Shown here: positions 1-12,145 of the stretch, piece after piece
Layout: each line of letters opens with the position of its first letter
How positions within the stretch are numbered: position 1 is the first letter of the stretch
Translations under genes and position numbers: made by a program
Source of the DNA: Macrostomum lignano
Taxonomy: Eukaryota
NCBI GenBank assembly: GCA_002269645.1
Contig: NIVC01000260.1
Coordinates: 496,001 to 560,000 of the forward strand
DNA: 64,000 nucleotides
Reading direction: 5' to 3'
The notes under the pieces: generated by a model
Seen by the model: only the letters and a program-made list of their open reading frames with translations
The model's database searches: none
Told to the model about the DNA's origin: nothing

Positions 1-1039
1 TTTGTTCAACTTTACCCCCACTAATAGTTTAATAGCAAAAGATTTTAAAACATCTATCTATAGACCTAGGCCTATACATCTATTATTGGCACCATCTGCA
101 GTGAAGCATAGTGACAAATATAAAATATGCTAATCGCTAGGCCTAGAGGGACAGTCAGTGGGACTCGTGACGCCAGTTCCCTTTTACACTCATGACTCAC
201 CCCTTTCAAAAGGGTAAACTCAGGCCTATAATAAAATAAATTAGTGCTACGTGCTACATGTAACTGTTTACATGGTTCAAATTGCTGTTGGTTCGGCCGT
301 TTTGGCGACAGATTTCAGATAACCTTTGGCAATAACTGATGTAAGTTTCGCCATTTGGGCAACATTGTTATATATGAGGTGGGGGCGGAGAAAAGTTATG
401 GGAAAACGGCGGCAGGCAGCGGTATAGTCTCTCTGTGCTGTACTGTACCTACCTAGGTTTACACCGAGCGAGAGCAAAGAGCTCGAGTAGTAGTAGTAGT
501 AAGTTGGCTCAGGCAAGAAGCCTGTTTGGCCAATTATATTTCTGTGTATTTTAAGATTACTTCAGGTCCAGGAACAGAAGGTAATATTTTAGGATAAGTT
601 ATTTACTACGATTACAAGTACGAGTTTTGCAATATGGTATTTGAAAGGATGCGTAAATTTTGTTGACGAAACTATGGACGACTAGCGAGGTGAAAGAAAG
701 AGCAAGGAGTTAAAAAAGTATTGCGTGAAATTAAGTTCTATAATAAGTAGTAGTAGTAGTAAAGTAGTAGTAGTAGTAAATAAAAAAATTTAGTAATAAA
801 ATGCGATTCAGAAAAGGTAGTTAAATATTATTTTGTCAATATAACAAATATCTAGTATAATTAAGGATTGTTCTCAATAATAGGCGATTTTTGTAAAAAG
901 ATATAGTATTTTTGAAAGCGCGTGATATTTCAAAGCGTGAAAAACGAGCATAAACACACTTCGAACGAACTTAACGACTAACGATTAACGACGAATAAAT
1001 AGGAAATTAAAAGACAGTAAATGAATAAGCAACTGAAAA

Positions 1040-1336
1040 GCGGATTTATTACACTGCTGATGTATCTGTTTCAGTTTGCATAACTGTTTTAGCTATTCAT
1101 GACTTCATATATTTTAGCTACACCAGTGAGCTCTTTTCTGACTCTTTTTTCATTTGTAGCATATCCTATCTTGTGTACTTGCTTGTCATTTAAGAGGTAT
1201 TGACAGAAGTATTTTTTCTGATCTTTTCAGTTTGTGGACATTCGGTCAAGTAGTGTAGGATATCGGAACCATTTCTCGCTCCACACAGTTTACATGCTTC
1301 TTGAGAGAAAATGTTGGGTGTTGTGACGTTGTCAGT
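1040..1336 (-). mobile_element. 3' end of a non-LTR (LINE) ORF2, C-terminal CCHC zinc finger, degenerate
   Basis: Minus-strand translation QEACKLCGARNGSDILHYLTECPQTEKIRKKY (C-x2-C...H...C) near 1200-1300, followed by AATAAA near 1045. It is colinear with the RT fragment at 2119-3243 once 1341-2118 is removed. Confidence 0.65.
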
Positions 1337-1340
1337 TTAA

Positions 1341-2118
1341 GGTGGTCCCGAAAAGGGCCGTTGGACTGCTGTTCTCCATAGTCATTCAACCCTTCAGTTT
1401 CACCGTTTCAACTAAACTTTTCCATTCGTTTATTGCGACGTTTACTTGTAGTAGTGCCCAACGATTTTGTGGCAATTTCTAATTCACTGTATATTTTGCT
1501 ATCCTCTCTCGCGACCGTATAAAATTGGCACGATCGATAATTTTAAGTTCTCTCGCCAGCCAATGAAATCACTCGTGCTCGCGCTACCCCCCCTCTGCGC
1601 TCTTTTATTAAACCCCCCGCCTGGCGGCGGGCACCCCTCACCCCTTTTTCGTCTCTCCCCGCTTGTCCCTTGTTTCCTTCCCTGCGGCCTCTTAGCTGTC
1701 TTATCTGTTTGTCTGGCTGCCTCGAGCCTCCTTTTTCTCCCCACGGTCCTTCTGTCTGGGCCAGCCTGCTCACACACTTACTTGACTGTTTCACGCCACG
1801 ACCGACGCCAACTCACCACTACGTTTCACTGCCTTCACTGTGCTCATAGCCACTGCTCACGTCACGTCGCCATTGTGTCATTCGCCTGCCACTTGACTTC
1901 ATATCCAAATTATTTTCAACCCATTGCTGCAGCCGCCAGTGCCCAGGAAGCTATAGTCTGTTTATTGCCAGTAACAACCAAACTTAATACTGATATTAAC
2001 AATAAAGACAACTACGGCAGTTCCTGCCTTTATCGCCAAGTGCTCCGCTACAAAATCCGCTTTACAAGAATTGACTTCAACTTATTTTGGGACTAAAACG
2101 GCCCTTTTAAGGGTCACC
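1341..2118. mobile_element. Non-autonomous TIR DNA transposon (Kolobok-like?) nested in the LINE
   Basis: 22-bp imperfect TIRs GGTGGTCCCGAAAAGGGCCGTT (1341-1362) and AACGGCCCTTTTAAGGGTCACC (2097-2118), 18/22 match. TTAA lies immediately left, but there is no TTAA on the right. It splits a LINE ORF2. Confidence 0.45.
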
Positions 2119-3243
2119 GCATAGCTGGCCGCTACGCCAATAACGTGACAGTGTAATCTCGCATTTCAGTTTTAGGAGGGTTGTTAGGAATTTTTTGTTT
2201 CTAAATGTGCATGGAAAGTAATCTGAAAGGTCGGGCCTGCATATTTTTTTGTAGAGATAGGCGTTTTTGTAGAGTTTAATATGTTGCTGATTCTCTAGCT
2301 TTTGGCTAAGTTCTCTTTCTCTGTGTATCTTAAGGTGCTTTTTCACTAGGTATTTCTCGTTATTAAAGCTTTGGGAAAGTTTATCTTCAGTTAGTGCTTT
2401 TAAGTCTATACTTTCCAGTTTCTTCAGTACATTCGTTTTCCATGGATTTTTTTGGCTGGTGTTTGAGTAGAAAATTTCTAGTGTCGTTTGGCAAAGTTTT
2501 TGGTGTCTAATCTTCAGCCAGTAGGTAAGGTAAGTTTTAGCGATTCGTTGGGAGATTGGAGTAAGCTCAAGTTCTGATGATATCACACTGTTGCTAGCAA
2601 ATTTTGGTAGATTGAGGAGATATTTGTAGAATTTCAGCTGAATGTTATCAATAGCTTTTGTTTCAGAAATGGTAGCCAGAGGGCCCCAGAGCTCACAGCC
2701 GTACGTGATAACGGGGGTAACAAGCGCGTCGAATAGTCTGCGAATGAGTGTGATGTCCAGGGACGTATTTTTTTACCTTGTGGAGTAGGGAAAACATAGC
2801 TGTATATCCCTGCTTAGTTTGATGTTCAATACATTTTTTAAAGCTGTTTTTTGGTTCAAAAATAATTCCCAGGTATTTAAATTCATTCACTTCCTCTATT
2901 TCTTGGTTGTCGTAGAATATTTTTGTAGCAAAGCTTTCTGTGTCGTTTTTTGTCTGGTACTGCCCAGCATAAACTTTGTTTTGCTTGCATTTACTTTCAA
3001 GTAATTTTGCTTGCAGTAATTTTCCATAGTCGTAAATGTGTCTTGAAGTTCGTCTTTGTTTTTAGCTAGAATGGCTTGATCGTCCGCAAAGAGCAGGATG
3101 AGTGGGAAAGCAGATCTCGTAAGAGAGCGTCTAGCGCTAGAGAGTTCAAGATATTCAACAATGTCGTCAATATATAACTCAAAAAGGATGGTAGAGAGAG
3201 GATTGCCTTGAAGAACACCTTTAGATATTGGGATTGGCTGGGT
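2119..3243 (-). mobile_element. 5'-truncated, frameshifted non-LTR retrotransposon RT fragment
   Basis: Minus strand reads KGVLQGNPLSTILFELYIDD...LLFADDQ...LKVNASKTKFM, then a frameshift near 2930, then EVNEFKYLG...KLFDALVTPVITYGCELWG. These are LINE RT motifs. A (CAT)n microsatellite sits at the truncation point (3246-3263). Confidence 0.9.
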
Positions 3244-4519
3244 TTCATCATCATCATCATCATCTTTTTTTAGAATGAAGCATTCGAGGTGATGCGATTT
3301 AGTATTTTGAACTGCCGCCTGCGTTGAGTTCGCATTTCAAAGCCGGGAATTAGGAATTATGAATTAGGAAGTGTCCTGGACAAATTTAACATTCTTCTTC
3401 ATGTGAAGAGAATCTATGCAGAATAACAAATTTCATGATTCATATTAAATAAAATAAAGCAAAAAAGCTTAAAATAAAGCAGTTTACTGATAGTTTGTAA
3501 GGAATAAACAAATTTAATGCTTGTTCCTACGATTCGTACGACAGAAACTAAAGTGTCTGTAGAAGTGTCTGAATAAGTGTCGGCGAATGTTTCATACGTA
3601 ATGTTATAGATACATTTTCTGTCAGTGTAGATCGATAAATGTATCGTGTGTGTTGAATACCTACGAGTTCTTGTGTGAAATTACCTTGTTGGGTATACTG
3701 GAGAGTGGAGTACTAATTCAGTCACTCTAATTTATCAAAGCAAGAGTTAATTGCTACTATAGCTATACGCTCGTATATAAGGTAGTTTAAAAACGAACCT
3801 AAAGTTGTTTAAATTTTTTTAAATACATTATGTACGTACAATTGACTAAATCCACTGCAAAAACAACATTATAGGCTGTAGAACGCAGATGAAATGAAAT
3901 GAGCGAAAAATAGATGCGCGGATTACCCCAAATTTATAAATGCTTAATCCACCCTTTATGCAAAATGCTTAATTTATGCATTGCGCACTGGCTTTGTGCG
4001 TATAAGATCTACGTACATCGCTCGCCTAGTTATTGGGTCTGAGCCAGTTTGAACCTTTGAGTGTTCCTGACCAGTCTAAACTGATCGGACTGACTTTTGT
4101 CAATAACTACCAATTAATCATTCAGCCCCCCCCCGTGGAGAAGGCAACATTGGGCGAATAAAAACTTTTAAATAAGCTACATGTAGCTTAATTATCCGAC
4201 CTCTCAGCCTCCATGACATCTCTGCAATTCCCCTCCCTCATCAGCTAGATCGGAAGATAGATCGGGATGGTAATGGCCCAGCCGAGATTCTATGGCTGTT
4301 ATTTACTGGCCGGGTCAAGAAAGTTATTTCAGAGACCATGCAGGCCATTAAACGCCCTACAATGGCCTACACGTATGGCAAATTTCAACGTTTACGAGCA
4401 ACTGAACAACATCGATAGAGATAGATGATATGCAGAACAACATGCACTCAACAGTTCTCAGACACATTCATTTTCCATGCCAATTAATTAAATTAGCTGA
4501 ACAGCCGAGTAGTAGCTAA

Positions 4520-5281
4520 CCTTTTCTTTCGTTGTAGACACGGTCAAAAAACTTTATAACCCAAAAATCCTCACAGTCATACAGACAACTTTCGTGAGGG
4601 TTTCTGGACTGTGCCATGCTCAGGATGAAATGTACGATAAATACCGGCCGGTACCCCCAATAGCACTCACTGTCTATGGCCAAGAAATCGGCCAAGAAGC
4701 GAGTCCTGAACCGACTTCATGGCCAAAAAAGTTTTTTTTGGGGGGGGGGCATGCAACATATATCTTGGCTAGCTACATGTACATGACTGTTTATTAAACC
4801 CACACCACGTGCTTGACAGTTGGCCTAGGGCTACATCTCTGTTATCTGTGCTGTATAAAGTTGGCGGTCCCAAGTTGCGGTTCTGCGACTACTAATCGAG
4901 ACACGACGTCAGGAAGCACTTTCGGATTCGTTTGAAAGCTTGTCATCAAAGCAAGCGCTTAGAGCCGCTTCTGGACCTGAAAAAAGCCATTTTTTTCAGT
5001 AAACACCTGAAAAATATAAAAGGGGGACCCAGCGAATTTTCGCCGAAATACAAAGGCACGCCTCCTCAGCTAGCAATTATCGATTTTAGAATCCGCCTCC
5101 TGAACAATTTTCCGGCTGCGCCACGACAGGGACTTCAAAGACACCAAAAGCTACCGCGCGTCAAACAATTTGAATCACGCCTAGATGTGTCTTTAACCAT
5201 TTGAAATCTTCGTGCGCACATGATTCAGGATAATTTTCTCTGGAATAATCTCTTCGAATTTTAGATGCAGGAATAACGAAT
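4520..5281 (+). repeat. Locally duplicated unit X, copy 1 (continues at 9812-9917 and 10236-10745 after LTR and SINE insertions)
   Basis: TCTGTG..TATAAA(G/A)TTGGCGGTCC...GAGACACG and TTTAGATGCAGGAATAA blocks recur at 19190-20480 and 21640-23000. TATAAA is at 4854. Confidence 0.8.
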
Positions 5282-5503
5282 TGTTATGTCTTCTTCTCCG
5301 ACGTGGAGCTGCTACATTTAAGTAAGAAGACAATGGTTCGCTTAAGCGGTTCGAGCTATCGTTTTGCTCCGGTTGATACAAACTCCTCTTGGGATTCATC
5401 TTGTAACTATTCGATACTTTATTATAAAATAATAGGTTGTGCCCTAGACAACAAAACATTGGGCTGGGGGCATACTTTGTGTCTTCTCTGCTAATATACA
5501 ACA
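5282..5503 (-). repeat. 3' LTR (222 bp)
   Basis: TGTTATG...TACAACA, same sequence as 9590-9811. Confidence 0.97.
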
Positions 5504-5514
5504 TTCCCCCTTTT
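5504..5514 (-). promoter_or_regulatory. Polypurine tract (AAAAGGGGGAA)
   Basis: Purine run on the minus strand abutting the 3' LTR. Confidence 0.9.
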
Positions 5515-5548
5515 GTCAATAAAAAGTTGCATTGTCAGTTATCCGGAA

Positions 5549-8500
5549 TTATTCACTGTAATGCAACCGATCCGGTTTTCTCAATTTGCTTCGATCCCTC
5601 AGTATCCTTGTGCCCACGCCTTCTGCTCCAGGGTCAGCGTTATCCTGGTCTGTGTCCGCTGCCTGAGCTTCTCCTCGGCTTGGCACGTCTTGGACCGGTT
5701 GAGTTGATTCACTCTCTCGCCGCTCTTTCTCGGTGGTAGTTTTGTCGCTCTGAACTCTCCTAGGATCCTTCAGAATAGGCGGTAGGTGATGAGCCTCCGG
5801 CTTGTTCTGTCCAGGTAATTCTGCACTGACAATTTGGTCGACGTGTCGCTTCCAGACTTGTCCGTTGACCAACAGTCTATAGGACAGCGGTCCTGTGCGG
5901 GCGATCACCTTGGCAGAAATCCACCTGTTCTCTCGCTCCCTTCTGAAGTCCAACGTCAGAACTGAGTCTCCTTCTTGAAATTCTCGAATAGTTGATCCTC
6001 TCTCTATTTGTCGTTCAGTGACATCCGTCTGCTTGTTTAACACTCTTGAGTAAGCATCTGGCTTGAGAAAATCCAACCGTGTCCTGCGACTGTAGCATAA
6101 CATCATCTCTGCTGGTGTTCTACCGGTTGTTGAATGAGGTGTACTGCGGTAGCGGAACAGAAAGTTCTGCATGCTCAAGATTGGATCACCGTGAGTCTTA
6201 ATTCCTGCTTTGATGGCAGACTTTGCTGTTTGCACCATTCTTTCACTAAGTCCGTTGGTACGCGGATGTCCAACAGCTGTCAAAATCTGTCGGATGTTAT
6301 TCCGCTCTAGGAAAGTACGGAACTCAGCTGAGCAGAATTGGCTACCATTGTCACTCAACACTTGCTGTGGGATGCCAAATCGTGCGAACGTTTCTCGTAG
6401 ACATTCTATCGTCCTGTTGGTAGTTGCGTGCTTCATGGGAAAGATCTCAACCCATTTACTTGTTGCATCGACTATAACAAGCCAGTAGTATCCATGGAAT
6501 GGTCCCATGTAGTCCAGTTGAATTCGAGTCCAAGGCCTTTCTGGCCAGACAAGAGGCTGAACTGGTGCTTGTGCAGGCAAATTCCTTTGCAGCTGACAGC
6601 CTTCACAACTACGGACTAGGGCTTCTATAGCCTTGTCGATTCCTGGGAACCATACATGCAGTCTAGCTATGGATTTCATTGCAACAATTCCTGGATGTCC
6701 ATCATGAAGCAGTTCTAACACAACCTGTTGTAAGCTTCTTGGAATAATGACTCTTACTCCCCAAAACAGCACACCTTGCTCAATGCACAACTCGTTCCGC
6801 TTCCTGAAGTACTGCTCCAGCTCTTGCTCACAGGTTTCTGGCCAACCATTTTGACAGTATTGAAGAACTCTCTGAAGCTGTGAATCTTTCTGTGTCTCGG
6901 TTCGTATTGTTTCTGCGTTGACTGGTAGCATTTCTAGCCTGACCTCCAAGACACGATCAACCTTGCTGATATTACCAGGCACTGGGAGACGTGAAAGTGC
7001 GTCAGCATTCGAATGATCCTTTGTTCTTCTGAATTTGATGGTATGCTGATGGGCAGAAAGCAACACGGCCCAGCGCTGTAGTCTGCTTGCTGCTATGCTC
7101 GGAATGTCCTTCTTATCTCCAAAAATGGTCAGTAGGGGTTTATGGTCAGTCACTAGTATAAAATGATGTCCAAAAAGATATTGGTGAAATCTTTTAACTC
7201 CGAAGACGATGGCCAGCGCTTCTTTCTCAAGTTGAGAGTAGTTGATCTCAGATTTTGTTAGAGTTCTCGAAGCAAACGCTACAGGCCTTTCCTCGCCATT
7301 CGGCATCAAATGTGAGATGACACACCCGATTCCATATTTAGAGGCATCCGTTTGCAACACAAGCTGCTTCTTAGGATCAAAATGAGCCAGAACACGCTCA
7401 GAAGTTAGAGTTGCCTTCACTTCTCGAATGCTGCCGAACACGCTTCACTCCAATGAAACATTGCGTCTTTATGCAACAGTCTGTTGAGAGGTACCAGTAT
7501 TGATGATAGGTTTGGAATAAACTTTCCATAATAGCTGATCATCTTTATCAAGGAACGAACCTCTGACACGTTGGTTGGTGTTGGAGCTTCATGAATTGCC
7601 TGAACTTTCTCTTTCGAGGGATGGATTCCCGATTCATCGATAACATAGCCCAAGAATTCAATTCTGTTTAGGCGGAATTCACACTTTTTCCTATTCAAAT
7701 GCACACCGTGAGCTAAAAGACGTTCTAATACAGCTTCCAACCTTTTGTCGTGGTCTTCCAAACAACTGCCGGATACAAGAATGTCGTCTATATAGACAAC
7801 TACTTCCAAGCCTTGTAAAATTTTCTCCATCGCTTCTTGAAATTGCGCAGGGGCTGATGCCAGACCCATGTTAGTCGCTCGTATTGGAACAAACCCAGAT
7901 GTGTGTTAATTGTAGCGAACTTTTTGCACGAATCCTCCAGTTGACTTTCGAGAAGACTCTTCCACCATTCAGAGTTGCGAAAATTTCTTCCGGTTTCGGC
8001 AGAGGGTACTTGTCAACCTCCAATTGAGGATTAACGGTTCTCTTGAAATCAGCGCAAATCCTTACGGATTTTCCATCGCGCTTCAAAACTGGGACAATCG
8101 GAGATGCAAAGTCTGATGCGCTCACTTTTTTTATTATGCCTTGAGCTTGCAAATTCGCCAGCTCCTCTTCAATGAGGCTTTTGATCGCAAATGGCACCGG
8201 TCGACTCTTGCAAAACTTTGGAATGAAGTTTTCTTTCAACAGTATTCTGGCCTTTAACCCTTTGATAGTGCCAAGGCTTTCAGCAAACACTTGATCATAC
8301 TTCTTCATTAACCGCTCGATAGGTGGAACCAACGTTGTTGTTTTCACATGGGGAAACTTGCTCCAGTCAATTTTCAACGAAGAGAGCCAGTCCCGACCTA
8401 GAAGATTCACTCTGTCTCCCTTCACAACAAGCTCAGTTAGTTGATACTGTCTTTCCTGATAGTTAGTTACGGTAACAGTAGCTTCGCCCAGAACTGGTAT

Positions 8501-9589
8501 GAGATGATCTGTGTAACTTGACAGTCTAACATTAGATTTAGACCACCTTAAGCCAAGTTTCTTGCCAGTATTTTCGTTAATAAGGGTCTTGTCTGCGCCA
8601 GTATCCAGTTGGAAATTTACAAAATGCCCATTTATATTTAACTCGCACATATACGGTGCTGATCCACTAAAGCCAGCAATTCCTGTAGCAAACACAGTCC
8701 TGATCTCGGAATGCTTGTCTCGACCACTGCAGTCCGAACCCTCACTTTCTGACTCACTGTCAAAATTCCGTGCGTAATGCACCTTACCGGACTTCCCACG
8801 TTTTGAAGAGTTGAATCGCTTTGACCTGCCACTTCCAGACTCTTTTGCTTTGTCCTTTGTACGGCATGCATCTCTAAGATGTCCTACTCGGCCGCATTTG
8901 CTGCACGTTTTATTCCTATTTGGACAGCTCCTTGCCCAATGATCCTTCGCGTTACAGCGGAAACATCCATCTTGGGCGCGGCTCCTTTTCCCATGTTGCG
9001 CTGCAGTTGATTGCTTGTTAGTTTCCTTCGAGAAATTGACACTATGACCGACTCCTGTGGCGGAGGTGATAGTCACGACTCCTCGCTCTGCTGCTTCCAT
9101 CGCAGTCGCTAGCGTTAGTGCACCCGACAGGGTCAGTGTCTCTTCTTGTAGCAATCGCTGCTGGACGAGCCTGTTCCTGAGGCCAATGACGAACCTGTCT
9201 CTCAGTGCCTCCTCCAGGAACTTGTCAAAACCACACGTGGCTGCCAACCTCCGCAGACTTGCAACAAAGTCACTCACTGTTTCTCCTTCGTGTTGGACTC
9301 TGCTGTGGAAGTTGTACCGCCCGACGACAAGCTTCGGCTTTGGGTTGAAGTGTTCCCTCAACGTCTTCACTTGTTCGTCGTACGCCACATCCTTTGGCTT
9401 CTTAGGCGATAGCAGGTTGCGTAGCAATCGATATCAGTCATTACCAATCACTGTAATCAGATTTGCTCGCTTATGTGCCTCCTCGGTCACTTTGTTTACG
9501 ACGAGAAACTGCTCGAGTCGTTCTTCATAAGCTTCCCATTGCTCCGGTTTAGCCACGTCGAACTCTCCGATTTTTACACTCGTCGCCAT
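5549..9589 (-). pseudogene. Disrupted gag-pol polyprotein
   Basis: Starts MATSVKIGEF at 9589. In-frame TGA at 9434-9436. Zinc knuckles CFRCNAKDHWARSC and CSKCGRVGHLRDAC, protease LDTGA, RT YIDD, RNaseH TDAS...EKEALA...DH...NADALSR, integrase H-H-C-C plus LDY/SDNG/SER. Lesions: about 30-bp deletion near 7938 and 1-nt frameshifts near 7870 and 7421. Confidence 0.93.
9579..9588 (-). promoter_or_regulatory. Primer-binding site TGGCGACGAG (complementary to the 3' end of tRNA-Ser(GCU))
   Basis: Lies 1 nt inside the 5' LTR end. Metazoan tRNA-Ser(GCU) ends ...CTCGTCG-CCA. Confidence 0.8.
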
Positions 9590-9811
9590 TGTTATGTCTT
9601 CTTCTCCGACGTGGAGCTGCTACATTTAAGTAAGAAGACAATGGTTCGCTTAAGCGGTTCGAGCTATCGTTTTGCTCCGGTTGATACAAACTCCTCTTGG
9701 GATTCATCTTGTAACTATTCGATACTTTATTATAAAATAATAGGTTGTGCCCTAGACAACAAAACATTGGGCTGGGGGCATACTTTGTGTCTTCTCTGCT
9801 AATATACAACA
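9590..9811 (-). repeat. 5' LTR (222 bp)
   Basis: Matches 5282-5503 and is followed by TSD CGAAT. Confidence 0.97.
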
Positions 9812-9917
9812 CGAATGGAATAAGAAAAAAATTCTGCATGCTTGTGTCGATCATGTGTGATTTTTTAGAATCTTTTCCTGACACCACCCACAGCTACACC
9901 CAACACCCAAGATCCAA

Positions 9918-10235
9918 GGGGACTGTAGCCTAGTGGTTGGAGGTCGAACTCACGGATGAAATGTCGGGGTTGAATTCTCGATCCTCTCGGAACATTTGTG
10001 TCCTTGAGAAGAACACTTATCTCTGCATTGCTTCAGTTCACCCAGCTGTAAAATGGGTGCCAGCATTAGCTGGGTAAATTGAGGGTGCGTGTGGCGACCC
10101 CCCTTCCCTCAGTCCTTGGACTGAACAGCCGTACGCAGCCTTTCAGATGCGCCGCACAATAGCTGCGGCTGAGCTGTCGGTTGCACATCTGCCCATTAAG
10201 CAGGTGAAAGAAATTATTATTATTATAATTATTTA
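9918..10235 (+). mobile_element. tRNA-derived SINE, copy A
   Basis: A-box-like TAGCCTAGTGG, B-box-like GGTTGAATTC, central GTGTCCTTGAG..GAACACTTA...CACCCAGCTGTAAAATGGG, (TTA)n tail. TSD-like CAAGA(C)TCCAA flanks. Further copies at 18700-19000 (minus) and 38094-38310. Confidence 0.85.
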
Positions 10236-10451
10236 TTGCCAAGACTCCAAACGGATCACCGTATATTCAAGGACCACTATACTAGGAACACTTCGTTATA
10301 GTCTACATAGTAGTCCATTGATTTGTACAATCGGGCCCCCCACGGCTAACAGGCAATATTGACTTACCTACTCAAGCAAGCCCCACATCTTTAAAAAAGA
10401 CGGCCCGTAGCATCGCCCGCTTTTAAGAATTTCGCCAGAAAACAGAGGAGA

Positions 10452-10714
10452 GCGTCAGCCGGTGTGCGTCAGCCGGTGTGCGTCAGCCGGTGTGCGTCAG
10501 CCGGTGTGAGTCAGCCGGTGTGCGTCAGCCGGTGTGCGTCAGCCGGTGTGCGTCAGCCGGTGTGCGTCAGCCGGTGTGCGTCAGCCGGTGTGCGTCAGCC
10601 GGTGTGCGTCAGCCGGTGTGCGTCAGCCGGTGTGCGTCAGCCGGTGTGCGTCAGCCGGTGTGCGTCAGCCGGTGTGCGTCAGCCGGTGTGCGTCAGCCGG
10701 TGTGCGTCAGCCGG
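10452..10714. repeat. 14-bp minisatellite (GCGTCAGCCGGTGT) x about 19
   Basis: Near-perfect tandem array, one variant unit. Confidence 0.97.
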
Positions 10715-12013
10715 AAGCATCGTAGGCCGTGCTTGACCAGAGGGTATGCGCTCTCGCTTTTTCTCGACACTGATAGTGCCTTCGATAATGTGTTTGGAAT
10801 CCTATAGCTGGCTCTGGAATCCCGGGCCCGCACGAGCACCACGCACGATCCAAGGACCACTAGTAGATAGAGGACGTTACACTCGGATTTCGTGGAAATT
10901 TTTTTGAAGTCCGATTTTCACCGCAAAATACATTGGCGAGATAGCAAATTTTCACGTTTTTAATATTCAGAAGCCTGTTGTAATTGATTTAAGCCTGCTT
11001 CAAAAAAACCCATCTAACATTTTACTTTTAAGACCCTGTTCTATTGGTTTCTATTATGTTTTAGTCGCGAAAACGTTCTATAGATATAGTTTTATCACAT
11101 TTTGACGTAGTCATGAAATTACATAGACTAGGGGGGCCTATATATGCACTTTGGCTAGCTAAACTATAGCCAGCCTGGCCTAGCATATCAGGCCTTCTAT
11201 ATTGAATCTCTCTAATAAAAAAATTAAATTTGTATTGCCATAGCATATCTCATGTCATACAAACATGATAACAAGATGCTAAGTTTGAGAATGGACACTC
11301 ATTCATAATATAGGCCCATACTCAATTATATTTATATATCCATACTCCAACCAAGTTCCCTAATAAGTGGTTTCATCCACTGAAATTCATTGATACAGCT
11401 GTTGTAGGCATTCAAAATACATGTCTACTGTGTACCACCTATGCTATTAAACCTAAGGTCTAAGCCCTGTATAGAGATAGAATAAACACATGAAATTTTC
11501 TAAATGTAAATGTCTTTTATGATTTGTAAATCATAATCCACTATTTAACTTTAAATTTGTAAGTAAACTAGCTATGTATGCCATTTTAGGAAATAATTCA
11601 TGTTAATCTGAGTGACTCTGTCAGATAAAAATGAGATTCAAACTTTTAAATAAAATTAAATGGGGCCTATATAGGCCTAGTAAGGTGGGTAGGCCTATCT
11701 AGTAGTATAAGCTAGCCTACTTTTGTTTTTGCAATTAAAAGGGTAGTTTTAGTCAATTGCAGAAGTGTTGTCATTTGGATTCCATAACTTCAAAGAACTA
11801 TGTATTTATAGATATTGTATATATTGATTTCAATTGCTTACATTTCTTCCCTGGACAAAGATTTCCCTTAACCAAATTATCCTAGGGCCTACTCCACCCT
11901 AGTCTCTAGGCCTAATCAATGTTATATTTTGCATCTTCAATTGAGAAATCTAACTCACTGCTTATGCCTATCTTTATCAGCTTATCACCTATTATTACAG
12001 CTATCCATTGTTA

Positions 12014-12145
12014 ATGCCATTTAAGTGCGGCATTCCCAACTGCAAAGGCAACTATTTGACTGGTCCAAAGGTTGCTGTTTATAGCTTTCCAAAGGACAAA
12101 GCAGATTGTGATGCCTGGATGATGGCTTTGCCCACTTCAGTTAAG
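12014..12145 (+). pseudogene. N-terminal half of a THAP (C2CH) zinc finger, probably from a P-element-like transposon
   Basis: MPFKCGIPNCKGNYLTGPKVAVYSFPKDKADCDAWMMALPTSVK has the M-P-x2-C-x4-C...FP...W...P THAP pattern and ends at AAG|GTACAT. No downstream C-x2-H exon was found. Confidence 0.75.

Larger units (their letters stand above)
5282..9811 (-). mobile_element. Full-length Ty3/Gypsy LTR retrotransposon (Mag-like), 4.53 kb
   Basis: Two 222-bp TG...CA LTRs, identical by eye. 5-bp TSD CGAAT at 5277-5281 and 9812-9816. PBS and PPT present. Domain order gag (two CCHC)-PR-RT-RNaseH-INT. Confidence 0.97.

Noticed and set aside
9918-9990. tRNA gene
   Set aside because: A and B boxes are present but I could not fold a cloverleaf; it continues into a SINE body and tail, with three copies.
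10464-10807. VRQPVCVSRCASAG Cys-rich ORFs
   Set aside because: Translation of a 14-bp tandem repeat.
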